Shown: positions 39,902 to 46,675 of the stretch, one piece after another
How the letters are laid out: each line of letters begins with the position of its first letter
How positions within the stretch are numbered: position 1 is the stretch's first letter
Assembly: GCA_963519435.1 (NCBI GenBank)
Contig: CAUQMT010000003.1
Location: 48,516-112,515 of the forward strand
Direction: 5' to 3'
DNA: 64,000 nt
Origin: an uncultured Candidatus Saccharibacteria bacterium
Lineage (GTDB): Bacteria; Patescibacteriota; Saccharimonadia; Saccharimonadales; Saccharimonadaceae
Notes under the pieces: model-generated
The model's input: the letters and a program-made list of their open reading frames with translations, nothing else
The model's database searches: none
Told to the model about the DNA's origin: nothing
Position numbers and translations under genes: made by a program

Positions 39902-40237
39902 CTAGTCGAGCCGGATCAGCCGCTTAAAGCTGAATCCGAGCTGGGTAAGCTCGGATTCGCTCAGCTGCACCCCATTCGGGATGCGGCCTCCTTCAAGTCG
40001 ACAGACCAGAGCGACCTGCCCGACCTCGTGAGTAAAGAGACCCCGGTTGTACGGAATCTCCACACCCAAGAGCCGGGTCAGAACGTCGTTCGTCGGCTGG
40101 TGGCCAACGAACGACGTGATCTTGCCCTTTACCATCTGACGAGCCTCCTCGAGACTAACCGTCTCGAGGTCATAAAGCCCGTCCGCGGTGGCGATGCACG
40201 AACCGAGCACCGCCACCGGGCGGTTATAAAGCGCCAT
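39902..40237 (-). CDS. DUF1874 / YddF / AcrIII-1-like protein (putative cA4 ring nuclease), 111 aa
   Basis: SLEEARQ...SFVGHQPT...LLGVEIPYNR...ALVCRL.GRIPNG..LSESEL; SD GGAGGTGA 5' of ATG 40237. Confidence 0.8.
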   Translation of the reverse strand: MALYNRPVAVLGSCIATADGLYDLETVSLEEARQMVKGKITSFVGHQPTNDVLTRLLGVEIPYNRGLFTHEVGQVALVCRLEGGRIPNGVQLSESELTQLGFSFKRLIRLD

Positions 40238-40553
40238 TTCACCTCCTTCGGTGAGCGTGCGTGACTCTGTAAAGCGCTTTGGGAGCCCCAAAACTGTCAT
40301 TACAGCGCACAAATGATCGCCATTCCAGCCAGGTGTCGCACCCAGCCAGACTGCCAGCCTCGACATTTCGAGACCGCTAGTCTGACCAGGGCGATAACAT
40401 GCGTTATACTGAACCAGATTCTTCCATTTTAAAGCGCTAGCTTCCCAACGAAAGCTCGTTATGCAGCGCTACGCTGCCCAGGGCTAGCCGTCTAGCAAAC
40501 CGCTTTCCGTCCAGCCACTGAGCAATAATAGCACACTATTTATCGTATGTCAA
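40238..40553 (-). promoter_or_regulatory. Consensus promoter and about 280-nt structured leader of cassette 2
   Basis: TTGACA (40548-40553), 17 bp, TATTAT (40525-40530) with TG; multiple hairpins; GCGCTTTAAAA at 40427-40437. Confidence 0.7.
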
Positions 40554-40622
40554 CACTATTTTATAATAATTTTTGCCAGACTTGCCCTGCGGTGCTATCA
40601 CCCCCTATGCTATACTAAACTC

Positions 40623-41327
40623 ATGACTAAACGTATCCTTCTCAAATTATCCGGCGAGCAGCTACAGGGCGAGTTCGCCAGCGGCTTCGACCCCAAGCGG
40701 GCCCGCTGGATTGCCGAACAAATCAAACCAGCGCTAGAAACTGGCGCCGAAGTCGTCATTATGGTTGGCGGCGGCAATTACGTCCGCGGCAATCAGATCG
40801 TCGGCCACGGCATCCAGCCGGTCTCGGCTCACAATATTGGCATGCTCTCGACATTGATGAACGCTATTGCCTTGGCTGATGTTTTCAACGACGCCGGGCT
40901 GCCGACCCGCGCTCTATCGACCGTCGAAGTCAACCAATTTATCGATCACTATACTTTTCGCCGTGCCCTCAGCCACATTCAAAAAGGCCGGGTTGTCATC
41001 GTTGCCTGCGGCACTGGCCGGCCGTTTTTGACCACCGACACCGCTGCCTTGAATCTAGCTTTGGAAATGCAATGTGATGTTGTGATTAAAACAACGAAAG
41101 TTGATGGCGTGTACAATAAAGATCCTACCAAATTCCCTGACGCCACCAAATTTGATAAGCTCAGCTATCACGAAGCTCTGACCAACCCCCATATCGCCGT
41201 CATGGACAAAGCCGCCATCGGTCTAGCCATGGACGAACATATCCCAGTTGTCATCTGCGACCTCCTCACCGACGGTAATATCGCCCGAGCCGCCTGCGGC
41301 GAAACAGTCGGTACGCTGATTAGTTAG
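40623..41327 (+). CDS. pyrH: UMP kinase
   Basis: KRILLKLSGE; VGGGNYVRG; GTGRPFLTTDTAA; TKVDGVYNKDP. Confidence 0.96.
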   Translation: MTKRILLKLSGEQLQGEFASGFDPKRARWIAEQIKPALETGAEVVIMVGGGNYVRGNQIVGHGIQPVSAHNIGMLSTLMNAIALADVFNDAGLPTRALSTVEVNQFIDHYTFRRALSHIQKGRVVIVACGTGRPFLTTDTAALNLALEMQCDVVIKTTKVDGVYNKDPTKFPDATKFDKLSYHEALTNPHIAVMDKAAIGLAMDEHIPVVICDLLTDGNIARAACGETVGTLIS

Positions 41328-41399
41328 CATTTTTTACCGCCGAGGCAAGTCGCCGCAATGACCGCCGTTCCGTCAAGCCACGGCCGAGCCTCAAAAACG

Positions 41400-41807
41400 T
41401 TAATCTTTCTTCTTATCTAATTTATCCAGCTTGAAAAAGTGTACAATTGCATACACCACAAAGGCCACCGCTAGCAGTGTAATCAGCGAACTGACAAACG
41501 CGCCGTAGAGAAATTCAGCTTTGCGACCAGCAATTTCGACGGTAAACGATGCCGCCTGCAAGCCTTTTTGCGAGCCGACGATCAGCTGTACTAGCGGGTC
41601 AATAAATGCCGTCACCAACTTTTTCACCGTATCGCCAGCTGCTGTACCAATCGCCAAACCAACCGCTAGACCGACTATACCCTGTTCGCGGATAAAATTA
41701 ACGAAACCGCCCATATGGGTGTCTTTAACTATTGTTTGCGCCAATTTTTTGTCAGCTAGCTTTTTGGCAGCTGATTTTTTGGCTTTTTTGACTGTTTCTG
41801 ATGGCAT
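41400..41807 (-). CDS. mscL: MscL-family mechanosensitive channel
   Basis: FVNFIREQGIVGLAVGLAIG...LV..FIDPL...YGAFVSSLI. Confidence 0.85.
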   Translation of the reverse strand: MPSETVKKAKKSAAKKLADKKLAQTIVKDTHMGGFVNFIREQGIVGLAVGLAIGTAAGDTVKKLVTAFIDPLVQLIVGSQKGLQAASFTVEIAGRKAEFLYGAFVSSLITLLAVAFVVYAIVHFFKLDKLDKKKD

Positions 41808-41893
41808 TTAGCCTCCTTTAACTGTTTGATTATAACCTGGTTTCTGTGATAAATCGCTCGTATTAGCTTATTCCGCGACCTTACAACGTAACC

Positions 41894-43534
41894 CTACAAG
41901 CGCTCCGGCGCCGCAATACCCAAAATCGTCAAACCAGCCTTCAAAATATCCGCGTACACTGCCACCAAACCAACACGGTGCGCTTCTTTGTCGCTGCCAA
42001 CAACTTGATTCTTCTCGTAGTAACGATTGAACTCCTGCGCCAACTCAAACAGGTAGGTGCAGATGTGGTGCGGTTCCAGACTCTCGGTAGCGTGATTAAC
42101 CGCCTCAGCGTATTCGCTCAGTTTCCTAACAAGCAACCGATCTTCGTCGAACAATTCTGTCGGAAATGCAACTGTTTGCTCAGATTTCGCCAAAATACCT
42201 CGCGCCCGAGCGTGCGCGTATTGTAGGTAGCTACCAGTATTGCCAGTCAGACTAACCGCATCATTGATATCAAATACCACGTCGCTGCCGATTTTTACTT
42301 TCAAGAATTGATAGCGCAGCGCACCCGCCACTACTTCGTCGGTCGGCTCGCCGCCAGCTTGGGTGATAGCCTTTTTAAACTCGTTAAATAGCCAGTCAAT
42401 AGTGATCACCTCGCCAGTGCGCGAACTCATCTTGCCAGTTGTTAATTTAACCAGGCCAGTCGCATAATTAAACAATTTACCTTTCAATTCTGGAATTGCC
42501 AATTCACTAGCGGCGATCACCCCGCGGAAATACGCTGCCTGCTCCTCACCGTTGACCGTAATCGATAGGTCCAAGTTTGGATAATCTTGATGCTTCAGCT
42601 GAATTAGCCCCATATCGTGTGCACCATATAATCCGTTGCCGTGTGAACCGATGAACACATTATCAAACGCACCGTATTGGCTGCCTTTGAAGATATACGC
42701 ACCATCTGATTTGGTAAAGACCTCTGGGGTTTTTGCTTTGATCAAAGCTTTACCTGGCACTTCGGTTTCACTCTCGACATAACGCCGTTCAATTGGCACA
42801 TTGCCTAATCGCGCCACATTGGCGTCAATTTCATCAAAGCTCCAGGCCTTACAAATCTCATACACCTGTTTGTACAGCGGATCATCCAGCACAAACGACT
42901 GCTTGGCCAACTCATCAATTTCCGCCCGCACCTCTGGCGATTCCTTGGCTGCCCGTGCTCCCTCAACATACATACGACTCATAAACTCGTTGCGCTTATC
43001 AGCCGGAATAGCGTCTAGTTTGCTGACATCACCGTCAATTTCGCGAAGAATCGCCCACATACTCTTGCCGACATGTGTGCCGACGTCGCCGTGGTAACTG
43101 ACCCGGTGTACCGCCGCGCCGTCCACCGCCAATAAGTTCGCCATGGTGTCTGCCAAAATCGAGTTCAGCGCATGGCCGATGTGCATGGCCTTAAACGGGT
43201 TCGGACAATTGGTCTCAATAACGACCGTCTTGCCTGCACGATTAGTCGCTGGCCGCACCTTCAGCGATTCCAACACCGCTTGGTCGCTTAACGTCACGTT
43301 GATAAAGCCCGGACCAGCCACACTAACCTCGCCCAGTTCCTCATGACCGCGCAACTCTTCCGCGATCGCCTCGGCAATCTCGCGCGGGTTTTTACCCAAG
43401 GGCTTTGCTAACTGCAGCGCCGCATTGGTTGCAAAGTCGCCGAACTTTGGGTCGGGGCGCGTTAACTGTACATCAACCTGCTGCTGATATAGTTTGTCAA
43501 TTATTTTCTTCAGTGTAATAACACAATCAATCAT
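41894..43534 (-). CDS. argS: Arginine--tRNA ligase
   Basis: FGDFATNAAL; AGPGFIN; PNPFKAMHIGH; KMSSRTG; YLQYAHAR; start moved to ATG 43534 after TGnTATAAT. Confidence 0.95.
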   Translation of the reverse strand: MIDCVITLKKIIDKLYQQQVDVQLTRPDPKFGDFATNAALQLAKPLGKNPREIAEAIAEELRGHEELGEVSVAGPGFINVTLSDQAVLESLKVRPATNRAGKTVVIETNCPNPFKAMHIGHALNSILADTMANLLAVDGAAVHRVSYHGDVGTHVGKSMWAILREIDGDVSKLDAIPADKRNEFMSRMYVEGARAAKESPEVRAEIDELAKQSFVLDDPLYKQVYEICKAWSFDEIDANVARLGNVPIERRYVESETEVPGKALIKAKTPEVFTKSDGAYIFKGSQYGAFDNVFIGSHGNGLYGAHDMGLIQLKHQDYPNLDLSITVNGEEQAAYFRGVIAASELAIPELKGKLFNYATGLVKLTTGKMSSRTGEVITIDWLFNEFKKAITQAGGEPTDEVVAGALRYQFLKVKIGSDVVFDINDAVSLTGNTGSYLQYAHARARGILAKSEQTVAFPTELFDEDRLLVRKLSEYAEAVNHATESLEPHHICTYLFELAQEFNRYYEKNQVVGSDKEAHRVGLVAVYADILKAGLTILGIAAPERL

Positions 43535-43562
43535 AGACCATATTATAACACTTTTACTACAG

Positions 43563-43727
43563 TTAATCTTCCGTGCCGTCAAAATCTGGCTGGCGATATA
43601 CCGATACTGGCGTAATATTACGAGCATGATCCGATTGCAGCACCGCACGCAACATCGCTGTATCGTCGCTGCTCTCGTTGTAAGTTGGCTCGAAATCTTC
43701 TACTTTTTGTTTTTCTTCTTCTGCCAT
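43563..43727 (-). CDS. Small acidic hypothetical protein, 54 aa (not in ORF track)
   Basis: MAEEEKQKVEDFEPTYNESSDDTAMLRAVLQSDHARNITPVSVYRQPDFDGTED; TGnTAATAT 6 nt upstream. Confidence 0.6.
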   Translation of the reverse strand: MAEEEKQKVEDFEPTYNESSDDTAMLRAVLQSDHARNITPVSVYRQPDFDGTED

Positions 43728-43758
43728 ATTCTCATATTAGCATAAGTAGTATAATTTG

Positions 43759-45357
43759 TCAAGAGACAGCCGCTCTAATAAGTCCAGCAAACAGTGGATG
43801 CGGCCGCATTGGCCGCGAACGAAACTCGGGGTGCGCTTGCGTTGCGACAAAATAGCGGCAATTTGGCGCCTCGACAAATTCGACTAGCTGCCCGTCTGGC
43901 GACAAGCCCGACACCGCCACGCCGCCGCGGGCAATCTCATCTAGAAACTGCTGGTTCACCTCATATCGGTGGCGGTGGCGCTCCTCGGTGTGATCCGACT
44001 GATATACCTTAGAAGCAAGCGACCCTGGCGTGAATACTGCTGGATAATTGCCCAGCCGCAACGTACCGCCAGTCGATTCTTTGCCCTCTTGGCCAGGCAT
44101 AATATACACCACATCATGCGTCGTAGCATCGTCAAACTCCGTGCTGTTAGCATCGTCAAGCCCGGCTCGACGCGCCGCCGCAATTACCGCTGTCTGCAAA
44201 CCTAAGCAAATCCCCAAATACGGCACGTCGCGCTCAAGCGCATACTGCGCTGCCGCAATCTTGCCCTCAATCCCGCGCGGGCCAAAGCCGCCTGGCACCA
44301 GCAGAGCATCAACCGTCTCGAAATCGCGCTCGGTAACTGTTTCGGCATTGAGCCACTTGATATGCAGACCAACATTTTCATACCAAGCCGCACTCTTGAG
44401 CGCCTCGGTCACCGATAGATAGGTATCCTTGTTTTCCATATATTTAGCGACTAAACCGACAGTTACGATATCGGTTGGCTTTTTGCTTTGCAATTGAGTT
44501 AACGCTTGCCATTTCGCGAGATTCGGCTGAGTAAAATTACCAGTGAACTTATCAAGAATGGTCATCAGCGGACTAGCGGCAATCCGCTCGGGAATCATAA
44601 ATACGGTATCGAGATTTGGCAGCATCAGCACGCCCGGCAAATCAACGCCGCCGTACAAAGCAATTTTTTGAGCAACCGACTCAGGCGCTGGCTCGTCGCT
44701 GCGGACAACCACAATCTCTGGCACAATACCGAAACCGCGCAAATCGTTTAAAGCATTTTGCGCCGGCTTACTCTTAAATTCCTTACTGGTATCAATAAAC
44801 GGCACATAAACCACATGTGCGTATAAGCAGCGTTCCTTACCGATTTTGTGAGCAAATTCGCGGATCGCTTCAATGAAACTCAGCCCTTCATAATCGCCCA
44901 CCGTGCCGCCAATTTCTACGATGTGCACATCGCTGCCTTCGCCAGCCGCAATAATTGACTCTTGAATGGCATGTGTTAAGTGCGGGATTAGTTGGACAGT
45001 TTTGCCGTGAAAATTACCGGCGCGTTCATCGGCAATCAGCTCTGATAATAAGCGTCCCGCCAGCGTGGCGTTTTTCTGCGTCAATTCTATATCCAAAAAC
45101 CGTTCGTAATGCCCGAGATCGAGGTCGGTTTCGGCACCATCGCGTGTCACAAAGCATTCGCCGTGCTCTGCCGGATTAAGCAAACCCGCATCCACATTGA
45201 GATACGGGTCGCATTTCTGAATTGAGACTTTAATACCCTTGGCTTGCAGTACCGCGCCGATGCTCGCAGCGGTAATTCCCTTCCCTACCCCCGAGAGAAC
45301 GCCGCCAGTTACAAAGATATATTTTGTCTGTTTGCCCATGTATGATTGCTCTTTCAT
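43759..45357 (-). CDS. pyrG: CTP synthase
   Basis: TKYIFVTGGVLSGVGKG; ETDLDLGHYERF; LGICLG; ERHRHRYE; QAHPEF. Confidence 0.98.
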   Translation of the reverse strand: MKEQSYMGKQTKYIFVTGGVLSGVGKGITAASIGAVLQAKGIKVSIQKCDPYLNVDAGLLNPAEHGECFVTRDGAETDLDLGHYERFLDIELTQKNATLAGRLLSELIADERAGNFHGKTVQLIPHLTHAIQESIIAAGEGSDVHIVEIGGTVGDYEGLSFIEAIREFAHKIGKERCLYAHVVYVPFIDTSKEFKSKPAQNALNDLRGFGIVPEIVVVRSDEPAPESVAQKIALYGGVDLPGVLMLPNLDTVFMIPERIAASPLMTILDKFTGNFTQPNLAKWQALTQLQSKKPTDIVTVGLVAKYMENKDTYLSVTEALKSAAWYENVGLHIKWLNAETVTERDFETVDALLVPGGFGPRGIEGKIAAAQYALERDVPYLGICLGLQTAVIAAARRAGLDDANSTEFDDATTHDVVYIMPGQEGKESTGGTLRLGNYPAVFTPGSLASKVYQSDHTEERHRHRYEVNQQFLDEIARGGVAVSGLSPDGQLVEFVEAPNCRYFVATQAHPEFRSRPMRPHPLFAGLIRAAVS

Positions 45358-45388
45358 GGGCCCTTATTATAGCATAACCGCTTAGAGT

Positions 45389-45404
45389 ACGCTATATGTA
45401 GCGT
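45389..45404. promoter_or_regulatory. NrdR-box-like palindrome at pyrG promoter
   Basis: ACGCTATATGTAGCGT vs consensus acaCwAtATaTwGtgt; covers the -35 position of TGCTATAAT (45366-45374). Confidence 0.6.
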
Positions 45405-45406
45405 GT

Positions 45407-45580
45407 CTATTGACAGCCCTCGCACATAGTTAGTGTTGCTGGATCAATTGGCGCTGATGGTAGGCCGTCAGCTTCAGCTTTTTGATCGGCTTCAGCCTGT
45501 GCTTTGGCTATCTCGCGTTCAATCGCCTCGAGTTTTTCCTCGAGCGTCATGTCGTCGTTAATTATCGCTGATGGATTCAT
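45407..45580 (-). CDS. 57-aa protein ending in CxxC, resembling a detached NrdA C-terminal redox tail (not in ORF track)
   Basis: MNPSAIINDDMTLEEKLEAIEREIAKAQAEADQKAEADGLPSAPIDPATLTMCEGCQ; SD AAGGGGG; TATAAT at 45604-45609. Confidence 0.85.
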   Translation of the reverse strand: MNPSAIINDDMTLEEKLEAIEREIAKAQAEADQKAEADGLPSAPIDPATLTMCEGCQ

Positions 45581-45643
45581 TATTTCCCCCTTTGCTTATA
45601 TTCATTATAGGCTAATAGACCGCTTATTCAATTGCTAAAACTG

Positions 45644-46642
45644 TTACTTTACGGTGTTAACTTCATAGTTCGTATTGGTGCTTTCAAAGAAATTGACTAA
45701 TTCAAGCGTATCGTTGGCCGCCGCCATCCACTTGGCTGGGTTAGCTACGTTATATTCTTTCTCGAAGCCTAATTCTTCTAGGCGGCGGTCAGTCATGAAC
45801 TTGACATACTGGTTCACGTAATCCGCGTTCAAGCCCAAGATACCCTTTGGCAGCATGTCTTTGTTGTAAGCCTCCTCAAGCGCTACCGCCTGCAAAATCA
45901 GATCGCGAATCTCGTCGGCGAATTCTTGCGTCTGCAAATCTGGATTCTCGTCAAGAATTGTCAACAGCAGGTTAATACCGAAAGTTAAATGCAGATTTTC
46001 ATCCTTGGTAATCCAATCTAGCAAACTACCGACATTACGCAGCAAATTGCGCCGACGGAAACTCATACCAACCATAAAACCGCTATAAAACCAAATACCT
46101 TCGAGTACAATATTATAAGCTACCAGATTGCGCACGAAATCTTTTTTGCCTTCGGTAGTGGTAACATCTAATTTGTCATTCAGCATACGGCCAACATATT
46201 TCGTCTGAAAATCTGATTTGTCTTTCAAGCTCTTTTTGCCATAGCCGGCTGCGTAAATTTCTTGGCGGTCAAACGGAAACGTTTCAATAATGTATTCAAA
46301 GGTCATAAAGTGGTTAGCTTCTTCCCACATCTGTTTCGATAGATACAAGTGCGCCTCGGCGGCATTGACGTATGGATAAATACCAAAAGCTAACGACTTA
46401 TTGATAAGTAATTCGTTTGGGTTTAAGTAACTAATCACCGTTTTCAGCGCATGTTTTTCGTCGTCGGTCAGCTTCTCGAACGCCGCCAAATCTTGCACTA
46501 GTTGTACTTCATTCGGGAACCAAGTGTTAGCAACTGCCTGATTATACAAATCCATCGCCCATTGGTAGCGTACTGGCTTGAGTTGCAAGCCGTCGCGCAG
46601 GCCTGATCCCAAAATACCTTGCGGTTGTGTTGTTTGCGTCAT
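45644..46642 (-). CDS. nrdB: Ribonucleotide reductase small subunit, class Ic-like
   Basis: NTWFPNEV; PNELL; EEANHFMTF; EGIWFYSGF; DENLH; NFFE...Y. Confidence 0.93.
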   Translation of the reverse strand: MTQTTQPQGILGSGLRDGLQLKPVRYQWAMDLYNQAVANTWFPNEVQLVQDLAAFEKLTDDEKHALKTVISYLNPNELLINKSLAFGIYPYVNAAEAHLYLSKQMWEEANHFMTFEYIIETFPFDRQEIYAAGYGKKSLKDKSDFQTKYVGRMLNDKLDVTTTEGKKDFVRNLVAYNIVLEGIWFYSGFMVGMSFRRRNLLRNVGSLLDWITKDENLHLTFGINLLLTILDENPDLQTQEFADEIRDLILQAVALEEAYNKDMLPKGILGLNADYVNQYVKFMTDRRLEELGFEKEYNVANPAKWMAAANDTLELVNFFESTNTNYEVNTVK

Positions 46643-46675
46643 ATTTCCTCCTTATTATTGTGATTTTAGCAACGT

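Noticed and set aside
40238..40366. 43-aa N-terminal extension of the DUF1874 ORF in the track
   Set aside because: A strong SD precedes ATG 40237, and the extension lies in the hairpin-rich leader.
39655..40520. Group I/II intron, retron or known ribozyme
   Set aside because: No interrupted host gene, RT or endonuclease, and no catalytic core I could recognise by eye; needs an Rfam scan.
34800..40560. Prophage or integrative element
   Set aside because: No integrase, phage structural genes or att repeats seen.
43535..43648. ArgS N-terminal extension
   Set aside because: Overlaps the 54-aa ORF and the argS -10 element.
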